A DNA stretch of 64,000 nucleotides from Alphaproteobacteria bacterium (GTDB lineage Bacteria; Pseudomonadota; Alphaproteobacteria; MPNO01; UBA830), in contig OZ219791.1 of assembly GCA_964291215.2 (NCBI GenBank), forward strand, positions 3,104,001 through 3,168,000, written 5' to 3'. Shown in pieces: positions 41,849 to 52,969 of the stretch; position 1 is the stretch's first letter, and every line of letters begins with the position of its first letter. The position numbers and the translations under genes are program-made. A model generated the notes under the pieces. The model did not search any database and was not told where the DNA came from. It saw nothing but the letters and a program-made list of their open reading frames with translations.

Positions 41849-42675
41849 CAGCGTACAGCTCCCATGGTCATGCCCTGCACGAAATGCTTCTGGATGATCA
41901 GCGCCAGGATGAACATCGGCACCATGATGATAATTCCCGCCGCTGCGAGCAGGTTCCAGAGATCGCCCTCCTCAGCCTTGAACAGCGCGAGGCCGACCGG
42001 CAGCGTGACCGCCTCGTTGTTGGTGAGGATGAGCGCAAACAGGAAATCGTTCCAGGCAATGATGAAACAGAAGATCGACGCGGTGATGATTCCTGGCGCT
42101 GCCATCGGCAAGACGATGTTGCGGATAACCTGGAGGCGGGTCGACCCGTCGACGAGCGCGGACTCCTCGGTGTCGATAGGGATGCCATCGATGAAGCCCT
42201 TGATCATCCAGACCCCGAATGGCATGACGATCGAGAGATTGACGATGATCAGGCCGAGGCGCGTGTCGAGAATGCCGAAGTCTCGGAACATCAGGAAGAA
42301 CGGCAGCACGATGACGACGGCGGGCAGGAACTGGGTCGCCAGGATCATCACAAACATGACGCGCTGGCCACGCAGCCGGAAGCGGGAGAAGCTGTAGGCG
42401 GCCATTGTCGCCAGCGGTATCGCGATTGCTACCGTAACCAGCGCGACGATGGTACTGTTCCACAGCTTATCGTGCAGGTTGTACGGAGAATCAAAGACTT
42501 GGAGGAAATTCTCGAAAGTCGGCGTGAAGAACAGCTTCAGCTGGTAGACGTCGACATGCGTCTTGAATGCCGCCATTGCGATCCAGATGATCGGCACCAT
42601 CATGACCGCGGCGGCAATCAGGATGAGCGCAATCCTGACGGCCTCTCCCGCGGTTTTTTTCTGACGGTTGTTCAT
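41848..42675 (-). CDS. Carbohydrate ABC permease
   Basis: EESALVDG EAA motif and AWNDFLFA. Start MNNRQKK. Confidence 0.93.
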   Translation of the reverse strand: MNNRQKKTAGEAVRIALILIAAAVMMVPIIWIAMAAFKTHVDVYQLKLFFTPTFENFLQVFDSPYNLHDKLWNSTIVALVTVAIAIPLATMAAYSFSRFRLRGQRVMFVMILATQFLPAVVIVLPFFLMFRDFGILDTRLGLIIVNLSIVMPFGVWMIKGFIDGIPIDTEESALVDGSTRLQVIRNIVLPMAAPGIITASIFCFIIAWNDFLFALILTNNEAVTLPVGLALFKAEEGDLWNLLAAAGIIIMVPMFILALIIQKHFVQGMTMGAVR

Positions 42676-42683
42676 CGTCCCGC

Positions 42684-43556
42684 CTAGTTCTCGCGGAAGA
42701 CATAGCGCGTGTAGAAAAACGTGAGGACGATCATCGGGATGACGAGCACCCACGCGACCGATGCCGCAAAGCCCATGTCGTAATACTTGAAACCGCTGAA
42801 ATAGGCGTAATGCGCCAGCGTCTGGGTCGCTGTGCCGGGGCCGCCGTTGGTCAGCATGTAGATTTGGTCGAACGTCTTGATCGAGAAGATCGATTTCAGG
42901 ATCACGACGATCGCCAGTACCGGCGTGAGCTGGGGCAGGGTGATGTCCCGGAACGCCTGCCAGGCCGAGGCGCCGTCGACGTGTGCGGCCTCTATGGTTT
43001 CCCTGGGCAGCGCCGCGATGCCGCCGATCAGGACAAGCGTGATGAACGGGATCCAGCCCCAGATGTCGGCCATGACCGCGACCGAGAAGGCGAGGGTCGG
43101 ATCCGACAGCCAGGAAACACCCGCAAGTGGCGGGATCAGGAGGCCGAAGAAAGCGTCGAACAGGCCGAATTCGGGGTTGAACATGAACCGGAACGAGACC
43201 CCGACCAGTGCCGGGCTCATCGCGAAGGGCAGGATCAGGAGCGTGCGCACGGTCAGCCGCAGCCGTCCGCCGGGAGCGAGCAGGAGCGCGATGCCGAGCG
43301 CCAGCAGCGTGGTCAGGGCGACGGTCAGCACCGTGTAGACGGAGGTAACCACCGTCGCATTCCAGAAGTCCGGATCCTCGAACAGCGCCCAGCTGTAGTT
43401 CTCGAAACCGACAAACGGGCCGGGCACGGTAGATTTCGAGAGTTTCCAAGTGCGGAAGCTGAGGATAAGCGATTGCAGGAGCGGCCAGATCGCGGTCGCG
43501 AACACCACCACCACTGCGGGCAGCACCATCAGGTACTTCAGATGACGGTCGCGCAT
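42684..43556 (-). CDS. Carbohydrate ABC permease
   Basis: FVGFENY, EAAHVDGAS and TNGGPG. Confidence 0.93.
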   Translation of the reverse strand: MRDRHLKYLMVLPAVVVVFATAIWPLLQSLILSFRTWKLSKSTVPGPFVGFENYSWALFEDPDFWNATVVTSVYTVLTVALTTLLALGIALLLAPGGRLRLTVRTLLILPFAMSPALVGVSFRFMFNPEFGLFDAFFGLLIPPLAGVSWLSDPTLAFSVAVMADIWGWIPFITLVLIGGIAALPRETIEAAHVDGASAWQAFRDITLPQLTPVLAIVVILKSIFSIKTFDQIYMLTNGGPGTATQTLAHYAYFSGFKYYDMGFAASVAWVLVIPMIVLTFFYTRYVFREN

Positions 43557-43592
43557 CGGAGGGGGGCCTCCCGTCTGGGCAACCGACCGGAA

Positions 43593-43632
43593 TGCGGAGG
43601 TTCCGGCGCGCGGGGCCGCCGGAACCTCCGCA
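43593..43632 (-). terminator. Strong stem-loop after the SBP gene (mRNA-stabilising or partial terminator)
   Basis: TGCGGAGGTTCCGGCG-N8-CGCCGGAACCTCCGCA, a 16-bp perfect stem without a clear U-tract. Confidence 0.6.
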
Positions 43633-43643
43633 AACGCTCTGGA

Positions 43644-44984
43644 CTACTTGTAGTAACCTGCCCGCTTGAGAATCTTCTCGGTGCGTGCGGAGGCTTCCGT
43701 CATCAGCTTGCGGACATCGCCGCCGGCCGCCGCCTTGGCAATGGCGGCCGAGAGGATGTCGCCGACCTCGGTCCATTCGGGAATCTGCGGCATGATGTCC
43801 GAATTCTTCAACGAGTCCCAAGCCGCCATCTGGATGTTGGCGTTGGCCGCGTTGACCTCGGGATCCTGCAAATTGACCTTGTGGGTGACCACGTTGTTAA
43901 TGATGGTCTTGCCTGCGACCTTGCGTTCGGTCGCATTGGCCTTGTCCATCTTCGGGTTCGAAAGCCACTTCAGGAACTCCCAGGAAGCTTCCTGATTCTT
44001 GGAATGTTTAGAGATCGAGAACGGCATCGAGATCGCGTAGGTCACCGAGCGGCCCTGGTAGGTGGGCAGACCGGTGAACGCCACTTGGTCGGCCTTCAGC
44101 ACCGAGGACTTGGGATTGATCATCGACGAATAGGCCCACCACCAGACCGGGATCATCGCCGACTTGCCCTGCATGAAGGACTGCCTGGCATCCTGTTCCA
44201 CGAACGAGAGCGATGCCGGGTTGGTTGCCTTCAGCGAGGTGTGCAGCGCGATATAGTCCTCGGTCGCCTTGAGGCCGGCCTCCGTTGCCCAGGCCGGCTT
44301 GAATTGCTTGTCGAACACATCGGCGCCAGCGGACCAGAGATAGTTCAGCCAGATGAACAGGTTCTGCCGGTTTCCGTCATTGTGGTAGTAAAGCGCCAGC
44401 GGCTCGATCTTCTCGCCCGAAGCGCGGATCTTCCTGCTCGCGGCGATGACGTCGTTCCAGCTCTTCGGTGCCGCGAGGCCGAGCTTGTCGAAGATGTCCT
44501 TGCGATAGAACATCAGCATCGCGTGCGCGCGCAGCGGGAAGCCGAGCACCTTGCCCTGGAAGCTGGCAGACTTCGCGAACGCCGCGGGATAACGATTCAT
44601 CGAGATTCCGTCCCGCGCCAGCTTGTCGTTGAGCGGCACCAGCCAGTGCGAATTGGGTGGCCCCCAGCTGTCGAGATAGTTCACGACATCGAAGCTGCCG
44701 TCGGCGGCAACGCCGACCGCGGACACCTTCTCCTGAAGGGCGGTGAAAGGAATGAATGTCCATTTGGTCTTGATGCCCGTGAGGTCGGTGAACTCCTTGT
44801 CGCGCAGCATCAGGCCGTCGAACTGCGGCGTGACGACCGAGAGAATGTTGATCTGCGTCCCGGCGTAAGGCTTGCCGGGTTTGAGGTTGTAGGACATGTC
44901 CTTGGCGACGGCGGCACCCGCGACACCGGCCGCTAGCGCGGCGCCCGTCATCGTCGCCACGAGGCGACGTCTGGTTAGCTGCAT
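43644..44984 (-). CDS. Carbohydrate ABC substrate-binding protein (Tat-like signal)
   Basis: MQLTRRRLVATMTGAALAAG, FYRKDIF..LGL..PKSW and ASWEFLKWL. Confidence 0.92.
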   Translation of the reverse strand: MQLTRRRLVATMTGAALAAGVAGAAVAKDMSYNLKPGKPYAGTQINILSVVTPQFDGLMLRDKEFTDLTGIKTKWTFIPFTALQEKVSAVGVAADGSFDVVNYLDSWGPPNSHWLVPLNDKLARDGISMNRYPAAFAKSASFQGKVLGFPLRAHAMLMFYRKDIFDKLGLAAPKSWNDVIAASRKIRASGEKIEPLALYYHNDGNRQNLFIWLNYLWSAGADVFDKQFKPAWATEAGLKATEDYIALHTSLKATNPASLSFVEQDARQSFMQGKSAMIPVWWWAYSSMINPKSSVLKADQVAFTGLPTYQGRSVTYAISMPFSISKHSKNQEASWEFLKWLSNPKMDKANATERKVAGKTIINNVVTHKVNLQDPEVNAANANIQMAAWDSLKNSDIMPQIPEWTEVGDILSAAIAKAAAGGDVRKLMTEASARTEKILKRAGYYK

Positions 44985-45022
44985 CGTATCCTCCCTGATT
45001 GGGGTCTGTTCCCGCGTTGGTT

Positions 45023-45038
45023 TTGCATACGCATGCAA
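45023..45038. promoter_or_regulatory. Candidate LacI-family operator
   Basis: TTGCATA-CG-CATGCAA is a palindrome with central CG (1 mismatch), ~40 bp upstream of the SBP start and between the divergent SBP and LacI genes. Confidence 0.55.
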
Positions 45039-45408
45039 CATTCCATAGCACGGCCGGTATTCCTGTGCAACGCTGCTGCTACGCCGCCGCAGGACTTTCC
45101 CACGCTGCATTCGATCTTGCCGACTGCTGATGGAGGGAGGTTGCACAGCCTGCCGGGTTTTCTGGCCACGGGGCCGTCCACGGGTCGCCGCAGCTGGAAA
45201 ACCTGGCAAGAATGCGGAAATTTGTGCCCTGTTCAGCGGTCATTCAAAACACCAACCACAGCGTGGGAAAATCCTGTACGCCTCCGTCGCGCCAATCTGG
45301 TCCAAGCTTGGCTACATCTGGCCCGGGCTGCGGCCGTGCGGATTTGCATTCGCATTCAACGGAACTTATCCTGTCGGCAGGGAAGGCAGTGTCGGCGGAC
45401 AGTGGCAG

Positions 45409-46521
45409 ATGTTGAAAGACGCGACACCGGGCCGGGCCGCCGGTGATCTCGGAACCCGCTCCGGAAGCAGGGAAAGAGGCGCGCGCAAGGTGACATCCTA
45501 CGATGTCGCCGACCGCGCCGGCGTGTCCCAGTCCGGCGTGTCCCGGGTCTTCAAACCCGGTGCGAGCGCGTCGGCGGCGATGCGCGCCAGGGTGCTTGCG
45601 GCCGCGGACGAGCTCGGTTACCGGCCGAACGCCATAGCCCGCAGCCTGACCACCGGCCGTTCCAACATGGTCGGAGTCATCATTTCCGACCTGACCAATC
45701 TCTACTATCCGGAGGTGCTGTCGGAGCTTTCCGCCCGCTTCTCCGGGTACGGCAGGCGGGTGCTGCTGTTCACCCTCGCGCGCGAAGCCGGCGTCGACAG
45801 CATCCTCGGGGATGTCGTCGGCTACCAGCTCGACGGGATCGTGTCGGCGGCGCGGCTGTCGGCCGGCCAGGTCTCGGATTTCCTCGATCGCGGATGTCCG
45901 GTCGTGCTCTACAACCGGTCGTTCGACGATGTTCCCGCGAGTTCCATCTGCTGCAATCACGTCCATGGCGCGCGCCTGCTGGCGACCAGGATGGCGGAAT
46001 CTGGACATCGCCGCTTCGGGTTTGTCTCAGGCCCCACGGATTCCTTCGTCAGCCAGGAGCGGACCCGCGGCTTCCTCGGCCGGCTCGCCGAGGTGGGTGT
46101 CGCTGAGCCCGCAGTCGTCGCCGGCGACTACGGTTATGCGAGCGGCCATGCCGCCGCGCGGGAGCTTGCGCGTGAGGCAGGCCCGGCACTCGACGCGATC
46201 GTGTGCGCCAACGACATGATGGCCCTTGGCGCCATCGATGCGGTTCGCGGCTCGCTGGGCCGGCGGGTGCCTCGTGACATCTCCATTGCCGGCTTTGACG
46301 GCATTGACCCGGCGCGATGGGACAGCTACCGACTGACCACCGTGCGTCAGCCGGTGCGGCGGATGACGCAGGCCGCGGTCGAGATGCTGCTCGATCACAT
46401 GACAGACCCGTCACGCGCCCCGGAAAGGCGCGTGATACCGGGAGAACTTGTCGTTCGCGCCACCGTGCGCGGTCTCGACGGCCGCCCGGTGGCGGAACTC
46501 GGGGCGGCTGATGCCGCATGA
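45409..46521 (+). CDS. LacI-family transcriptional regulator
   Basis: VTSYDVADRAGVSQSGVSRV...LGYRPNAIARSL, CANDMMALG and LTTVRQP. Start uncertain. Confidence 0.93.
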   Translation: MLKDATPGRAAGDLGTRSGSRERGARKVTSYDVADRAGVSQSGVSRVFKPGASASAAMRARVLAAADELGYRPNAIARSLTTGRSNMVGVIISDLTNLYYPEVLSELSARFSGYGRRVLLFTLAREAGVDSILGDVVGYQLDGIVSAARLSAGQVSDFLDRGCPVVLYNRSFDDVPASSICCNHVHGARLLATRMAESGHRRFGFVSGPTDSFVSQERTRGFLGRLAEVGVAEPAVVAGDYGYASGHAAARELAREAGPALDAIVCANDMMALGAIDAVRGSLGRRVPRDISIAGFDGIDPARWDSYRLTTVRQPVRRMTQAAVEMLLDHMTDPSRAPERRVIPGELVVRATVRGLDGRPVAELGAADAA

Positions 46522-46568
46522 CGGGCGCAAAGCAACGGGCCGTCGTGCACGGTCGGTGGGAACGCACG

Positions 46569-47603
46569 ATGGATGATCACGCTCCGGCGCTGATCGACGA
46601 GGCCGAAATGGCGCGGAGATGTGTCCGATACGAAGATCTGGTTCCCTGCACCGAGGCTTTCATCGACCGGCGCACACCGGGCTGCGAGGGCAACGAGAAC
46701 TTCGCCGTGGTCGGGCCGGGGGTCGCCGAAGCCGTCGGCCAGTTCGTGCATGTCGGGATTCCGCACGGCTTCAATGTCGGCGGGGCGCGTCAGATGCCGG
46801 AAACCTTCAACTCCCAGCACAGCCACGAACGCGAGGAGATATTCGTCGTTCATTCCGGCGTCTTCCGGTTTCACTTCGGCCCCGACCGGCAGGACGGATC
46901 GATCGTGCTGGGCGAGGGAGATACGGTTTCCGTGCCGGTTCGGATCTTCCGGGGTTTCGAGAACATCGGCCCCGGCTCGGGCTATCTGATGGCCGTGCTT
47001 GCCGGCGACGATCCCGGACCGGTGACCTGGGCGCCCTACGTGTTCGAGGCGGCGCGGGGCACCGGCCTGGTGCTGCTCGAGGATGGCCGCCTCATTGATA
47101 CCGCCGCCGGGGATCGGCTGCCGCCCGGAAGCGCCGTCATGCAGGCGGTGACGGAGGAGGAGATGCGGCGTTTCCGGCGCATCCATGCCGATGACCTCGG
47201 GCGCTGCATCGCGCGAAACAATGACCTGAAGGCCGACCCCGACTCGCCGCTTGCCGGTCCCGGCGTCGGTGAATGTCCGATCATTGGCGAAGCGAGCCCG
47301 GCCGAGGGGCTCGCGGCGGCTCCGATCGCCGAGCGGATCGGCCTTCAGATGCGGCGGGTCCGGCTGACCGCCGGCGCCGGGATTGCGCCGCACGCCCGCA
47401 TGGAGGAGGAGGTCCTGTTCGTCCATCGCGGCGGCGTCGACATCGTCTGGGATCGGGGGACGCTTTCGCTCGCCGAAGGCGACCATTTGACGGTGCCCAA
47501 GGGCCTCGTGCGGAGCTGGAGGAACGCCGGTCAGCGGGATGCTGACGTCGTCGTCGTGCGCGGCGGCGACCGGCCGGCCGGACCGGTCTGGGTGGCCGCG
47601 TGA
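46569..47603 (+). CDS. Bicupin-domain protein
   Basis: HSHEREEIFVVHSG...GDTVSVP and HARMEEEVLFVHRG...GDHLTVP. Confidence 0.85.
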   Translation: MDDHAPALIDEAEMARRCVRYEDLVPCTEAFIDRRTPGCEGNENFAVVGPGVAEAVGQFVHVGIPHGFNVGGARQMPETFNSQHSHEREEIFVVHSGVFRFHFGPDRQDGSIVLGEGDTVSVPVRIFRGFENIGPGSGYLMAVLAGDDPGPVTWAPYVFEAARGTGLVLLEDGRLIDTAAGDRLPPGSAVMQAVTEEEMRRFRRIHADDLGRCIARNNDLKADPDSPLAGPGVGECPIIGEASPAEGLAAAPIAERIGLQMRRVRLTAGAGIAPHARMEEEVLFVHRGGVDIVWDRGTLSLAEGDHLTVPKGLVRSWRNAGQRDADVVVVRGGDRPAGPVWVAA

Positions 47604-47652
47604 CGGCCCACGCCGGGAGGCCGGGAAGGTGAACGCGGAGGCGCCGGCCGGC

Positions 47653-48636
47653 ATGCGCGGGTTCGATCCCGAGTTCGCGGATCTGCCGGACTACATACTC
47701 AAGATCACCGAGCGCATCTGGGAAGGGCGGCGCCCCGACCTGATCCGCCGCTACTACACCGAACGTTGTGTCGTGCGCGGCCCCGATGCCGTCGTTGTCG
47801 GCGCTGACGGCGTCGTGAAGACCACCCTGGAAATGCTGCACGAGTTTCCTGACCGGCGCCTGCTCGGCGAGGACGTGATCTGGGCCGGGAACGACGATGA
47901 TGGCTACTTCTCCTCGCATCGCATTCTCTCGACCATGCATCATCTCGGCGACGGCGCCTTCGGGCCAGCCACCAACCGTCCCGTCCGCGTGCGGACGATC
48001 GCCGACTGCGCCGTGCGCGAGAACCGGATCCACGAGGAGTGGCTGGTCCGCGACCGGGGAGCGATCGCCCGCCAGATCGGCCTCGACGTCAGGACGTTTG
48101 CCGCGGGACTGCTGCCGCTCGGTGACGACGACCCGCCCGAAGAAATTCCGGTCGGCAGCCATGTGCCCATAATGGACGATGACGCCGAGGCGCGGGCCTA
48201 TGCCGACGGCTGGCGCAGCCTCTTGCAGGAACAGCGGCTCGCGACACTGAACGAGACCCGCCATCCCGCCGTGGCGCTCGAACTTCCCGGCGGCGAGACC
48301 GCGACCGGGATCGCGGCCATGGACCGTTTCCTGGTTGGCTATCTTGCGGCGTTCTCGGGAAGCTGCTTTCGGCCCGAGCATCTCGTCATTCGCCGCGACC
48401 CGGGCCTGCCGGCGCGTGTGGCCATGCGGTGGACCGCGGAGGGCACGCATGACGGCCGGGGCACCTTCGGGCCGCCCTCGGGCGCGCCCGTCAGGATCGC
48501 CGGCATCAATCATGCCCATATCACCGGCGGCCGGGTCATCGCAGAGTGGATCGTCGTCGACGAGGTCGCCGTCTGGAGCCAGATCCTGCGTGGCGGCAGC
48601 CCGGCGGACCGCCGGGGGAGCTCCGGCGCCACATGA
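47653..48636 (+). CDS. Tandem SnoaL/NTF2-like (ester cyclase) protein
   Basis: Two halves, H.GDGAFGPATNRPV...EEWLVRD and GTHDGRGTFGPPSGAPV...EWIVVD. Alternative GTG start at 47629. Confidence 0.8.
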   Translation: MRGFDPEFADLPDYILKITERIWEGRRPDLIRRYYTERCVVRGPDAVVVGADGVVKTTLEMLHEFPDRRLLGEDVIWAGNDDDGYFSSHRILSTMHHLGDGAFGPATNRPVRVRTIADCAVRENRIHEEWLVRDRGAIARQIGLDVRTFAAGLLPLGDDDPPEEIPVGSHVPIMDDDAEARAYADGWRSLLQEQRLATLNETRHPAVALELPGGETATGIAAMDRFLVGYLAAFSGSCFRPEHLVIRRDPGLPARVAMRWTAEGTHDGRGTFGPPSGAPVRIAGINHAHITGGRVIAEWIVVDEVAVWSQILRGGSPADRRGSSGAT

Positions 48637-49328
48637 ACGACGCGCTCCTCCAGTTGTTGTGCGGCGTCGACACCCCGACCGTCTGCAATGCCGTAGAGGT
48701 CGCCCAGGGCCGGCGCGGCTTCGGTACCTTCACGCGCGGAACGATGATCAGCAGCGCGCCCGGGAAAAGCCGCATGGTCGGCTATGCGCGGACCGCCCGC
48801 ATCGCCGGAGCGGAGCCGCCGGCGGGTCCTCCCACGGTGGTACGGCAGCGACGGATAGACTATTACCGCTACATGGCCCAAGCGCCGTTGCCGGCGGTTG
48901 CGGTCATCGAGGATGTGGATTTTCCCGACTGCGTGGGCGCCTACTGGGGAGAAGTCAACGCGACCGTGCACAAGGGCCTCGGGCTGGCCGGCGCCGTCAC
49001 CAACGGGGTGATGCGCGACCTCGACGGCATGCCGCCGGGCTTCCCCGTGCTTGCAGGTTCCGTCGGACCCAGCCATGGCTTCGTGCATGTTCGCGACTTC
49101 GGCGAGCCGGTGACGATTCACGGCCTGACGGTGCACGAAGGCGACCTCGTCCATGCAGATCGTCACGGCGCGATCGTGGTACCGCCCGAAATCGTTGATG
49201 ACCTTGCGGCGGCGGTGGACAGGCTGCGTGCAAATGAAGCGCTGATCATCGGTCCGGCATGCGAGCCGGGATTTGACTTCGAGGCCCTGGAGCGCGCCTG
49301 GATCGAGTTCGAGAACGCGCGGACGTAG
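48633..49328 (+). CDS. RraA/HMG-aldolase family protein
   Basis: TPTVCNA, VGYARTA, AYWGEV...GAVTNGVMRD and GDLVHADRHG. Confidence 0.85.
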   Translation: MNDALLQLLCGVDTPTVCNAVEVAQGRRGFGTFTRGTMISSAPGKSRMVGYARTARIAGAEPPAGPPTVVRQRRIDYYRYMAQAPLPAVAVIEDVDFPDCVGAYWGEVNATVHKGLGLAGAVTNGVMRDLDGMPPGFPVLAGSVGPSHGFVHVRDFGEPVTIHGLTVHEGDLVHADRHGAIVVPPEIVDDLAAAVDRLRANEALIIGPACEPGFDFEALERAWIEFENART

Positions 49329-49714
49329 CTCCGGGTGTCCGGGGGCGCTGTGGTGAGGGGTGGTTTTTCAGAGGTGCTCCGGGCCCATGCGTCACGGGTG
49401 AGACTCTCGTATGGCACGGTTGCAGGCTCAGTACCATTTGTTCATCTCATGCGGCCAGTGCCGGGGTGTGATTTGGGCTGATGTTGTCGTTAGCCGGTGC
49501 GTCGTCTGCACCGATCATGGCCGTCCACGCGCTCTCGAAGCGGCCGGTTTCGAGCAGGGCGCGGAAGGTGATTGTCCGCCGACGATGCGCCAGCGCATGC
49601 CGGAGCGTTTCATGCGCTGTGTGACGAGGGTCGCCGCCTCGACAATTCCCGAGCCGGTTGCTTCAGCGCGTGGTAGCGCATGCGGTGGCGATGCTTGCGG
49701 AAGAAGGACAGTTC

Positions 49715-49966
49715 CCTGTCGATGTCGGCCTTGCCCGAGGTGCGTTCTGGCGCTCAGGGTCGTTCATGCCGAGGAGATACCGCCCGATCTTCTGGACGAG
49801 ATGACGGGCGGGCCGGTTGCGGGGAGCGCGTTCGAGCGTCATATTGTGCGCTACATTGCCGAGCGCATGAACCTGACGCCGCCTTTGCTGGAGGCGTCGC
49901 TGCGCCGGACGAAGCCGGACCGCTGGGAGGTGCTGATGGGAACGGTCGCGCAAGCCTGGATCGAAC
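49715..49966 (+). pseudogene. Probable Rpn/PD-(D/E)XK transposase-like C-terminal fragment
   Basis: ...LEASLRRTKPDRWEVLMGTVAQAWIE resembles an Rpn tail and is cut by IS66. Confidence 0.45.
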
Positions 49967-50516
49967 GTAACTGCTCACCCCCTGGTTCCGGCTTGATGTC
50001 GGGGTAGAGCAACGAACGGGTTTTCGTGGAGATTTGACACTGCAGGCCGATTCGTTTAGTGGTGGTCATCGAGAACGACGGGGACCGCCAGTGGGCTACT
50101 TTGGATCGAAGGCGACGAGCGGGCTGTGCCAGCTGCTTCCGGGGCTCCGGCCCCCGCATGATCTGTATGTGGAAACGCATCTCGGAAGCGGCGCGCTGAT
50201 GAAGCGCAAGGCCGGGTGATGGCGACGGGCGGCGCGCGAGGAGTTCGAAGCGGCCAAGACCGCGGCGCTGCCGGCAAGGTGCCGAAAGAGGCCGTGATCC
50301 GCGTCTTCGTCATCCTGCTCGACATCCTCATCGTCGTCCTTCTGGAGAAGACCACGCACGAGCCGGAACTCCGGTCTGCCGCCGTCACAGACGGACAAGG
50401 ACGAGAGCGTGCCGGGAGCAACGGCAAGGGCCCGAAGCCGAACCAGCAGATGGGCGACAACCTGCGCAAGACCATCGTCGAGGAGACGGTCGCGGCCTGC
50501 GACGCCTGCGGCGCCG
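49967..50516 (+). mobile_element. IS66-family left-end fragment with methyltransferase stub
   Basis: Begins GTAACTGCTCACCCC and is near-identical to 58284-58815. Confidence 0.85.
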
Positions 50517-51765
50517 ATTGCGCCATGGTCTGCGCCCGCTTCAACCCTTCTTCCAGGCGTCTCGCCCGGTTCTCGAGCGAGCGGCGCATCGCGCAGGTGC
50601 TGGAGGCGAGGCGCCTCTGGTAGAGCGCCATCAGGAAGCCGACGGCACGGGCCCGCGGATCATCCCCCTGGTCCGCCGCCTTCCTGCTCTGCCGCTTCAC
50701 GAAGCGGGTGATCTCCTTGTACAATTCCAGTTCGGCATCGTCGATCGCGAACCCGACCGTGCGGGGAATGCGCCGGGTGAACACCGGGCGCGCCTGCCAT
50801 TCGCCGTTCGACTGGCGCTCCGGAAAATAGACCATCGCCTCCTTGGTGCGCCGCAGGTAGAAGGGCGCCCGGCGCTGGGCCATCGCCGCGCGAATGGACT
50901 TGACGTCAGCATAGGCGTCGCGGTCGAGAAGTTGCAGGAACCGGGTGAAGTTCTGCGGGTCGCCCTTGTGCGGCGTCGCGGTCAGCAGGAGGATGTGGTC
51001 GGCACGGTCGCGGAGCAGTTCGCCGAGGGCGTAGCGTGCGGTCTTCCCGGCCGGCGGCGACCAGGACATGCGGTGCGCCTCGTCGACGATCACCAGATCC
51101 CAATGCACCTGGCGCAAACCGGGCAGGATGTCGTTCCGTTTCGCAAGGTCGAGGGAGGTGAGAACCTGTGGCTGCTCCAGCCACTGGTTGACGCCGAACT
51201 GGTCGCGGATATCGCCGCCCTTGAGCACCAGGAACTTCTCGTCGAACTTCTCCCGCAACTCCCGCTGCCACTGGAAGGTCAAGTTTGCCGGGCAGACGAC
51301 GAGAATGCGCTCCGCCAGACCGCGCAGCTTGAGCTCGCGCACCAGCAGGCCGGCCATGATCGTCTTGCCTGCGCCGGCGTCGTCGGCGAGCAGGAACCGG
51401 ACGGTCGACAGCTTGAGCAGGTGCTCATAGACGGCTTCGAGCTGGTGCGGCAGCGGGTCCACGCGAGAGATCGAAAGGCCGAAATACGGATCGAACTCGT
51501 GGGCAATGCCGAGCGCGTGGGCCTTCAGACCGAGCCGGAGCAGGCGGCCGTCGCCATCGTAGAACATCGCAGAGCCCGAAATTGTGAGGCTGGCGATATC
51601 GTCGGTGGTGAGAGCGACACTGCGGAAGCGCTCCGTCCGCGTTCCGACCAGGCCCGCAACCCAGGAACCGGCGCCGTTCGCGCGCACGGTCTCGACCCGC
51701 ATCGGTTCGCTGAACAGCGCGCCGGTCAGTATCTGTCCGTCGCGAATGGGGGGCGGGTCGCTCAT
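50517..51765 (-). pseudogene. SNF2-family helicase, C-terminally truncated
   Basis: PLPHQ, LLADDAGAGKT, IVDEAH, LLLTATPH and LRRTKE. No helicase C domain; fused to IS66. Confidence 0.85.
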
Positions 51766-51773
51766 CGAGACTG

Positions 51774-52223
51774 TCAATCGCCATGACCCGGAGGGTGGAT
51801 TGCGGCGCTCGTCGGCAGACCCAGCGCCTTCCCCGCCGCGACCATGCGCTTGTCCAGGCTGTGGATTGCTGCCGCCCCGCGGTTGCCCGCAACGGCAAGG
51901 TGCAGTGCATCTCCGGCCCTCAGCCCGGTCTCGAAACGGCCGAGCCAGTCCCTGGCCCGATCGAAGTCGTCACGGTTCGGCAGCACGACGATAAAGGACT
52001 CTTCGACCAACGCCTCGAATCGCGTCCCCGCCTTCCGTACGCTCGCGGCGTTCAGATGGCCCATGCGCGCCTCACGGGCAAGCAGCGAGGCGAACTCGAC
52101 CCGCGTCCAATGGCTGACCGCCAGATCGTCCTGCGGCAAAACCGCGAAAAACGCCGCGACCGATTCGCTGGTGGCCTCGGGGAGGATGAGGGGAACGAGG
52201 AAACTGGTGTCGAAATAGCGCAT
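51774..52223 (-). CDS. vapC: VapC-family PIN toxin
   Basis: YFDTSFLV, VEFAS, LRAGDALHLA and SLDKRM. Confidence 0.9.
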   Translation of the reverse strand: MRYFDTSFLVPLILPEATSESVAAFFAVLPQDDLAVSHWTRVEFASLLAREARMGHLNAASVRKAGTRFEALVEESFIVVLPNRDDFDRARDWLGRFETGLRAGDALHLAVAGNRGAAAIHSLDKRMVAAGKALGLPTSAAIHPPGHGD

Positions 52224-52241
52224 TGGAGCCGACCGCCGATC

Positions 52242-52547
<306 letters not shown>

Positions 52548-52579
52548 TTAACCCGCGAAAGCATCGGCGGCGCGCCATA

Positions 52580-52969
52580 TCATGCAAGGCTCTGCACGAA
52601 GCCAGGCTGTCGAAGGGAATTTTCTCTGCCCGGCGACGGCAAAGAAGCAAACCGGGTACGCCGGTCCTGTTCACCGATATGCTTGGTGGCCTCGGACACC
52701 AGCGCCGAGGCGAACTGTAGAATCTCCTCGATTTCATTCTCTCGTCCGTCGGCAATGAGGTCCCGGGCAATGGCCTGGGCGGCGAACAGCGAAACCCGGG
52801 CCACCTTGATTTCGGCCCCTGTGCCGGGCCATTCGCGCCGGTCGAGGGCCTGGATGGCGAGCTCGACGACGAGCCGATTGGGCGAAACCTGCCGCTCCCT
52901 GGCCGCCGTTTCGATACGCTTCCACTGGTCTGCGGTGATCCGGATGTTCTTCTGGAGTGACGATGTCAT
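52580..52969 (-). CDS. Putative ribbon-helix-helix protein (true C-terminus uncertain)
   Basis: KNIRITADQWKRIETAARERQVSPNRLVVELA shows a beta-alpha-alpha pattern. Confidence 0.55.
   Translation of the reverse strand: MTSSLQKNIRITADQWKRIETAARERQVSPNRLVVELAIQALDRREWPGTGAEIKVARVSLFAAQAIARDLIADGRENEIEEILQFASALVSEATKHIGEQDRRTRFASLPSPGRENSLRQPGFVQSLA

Noticed and set aside
49355-49381. IS5-like terminal sequence GGTTTTTCAGAGGTGCTC
   Set aside because: Too short, with no partner end or transposase nearby.
50056-51777. 573-aa full-length helicase
   Set aside because: The C-terminal ~150 aa is read-through into antisense IS66.
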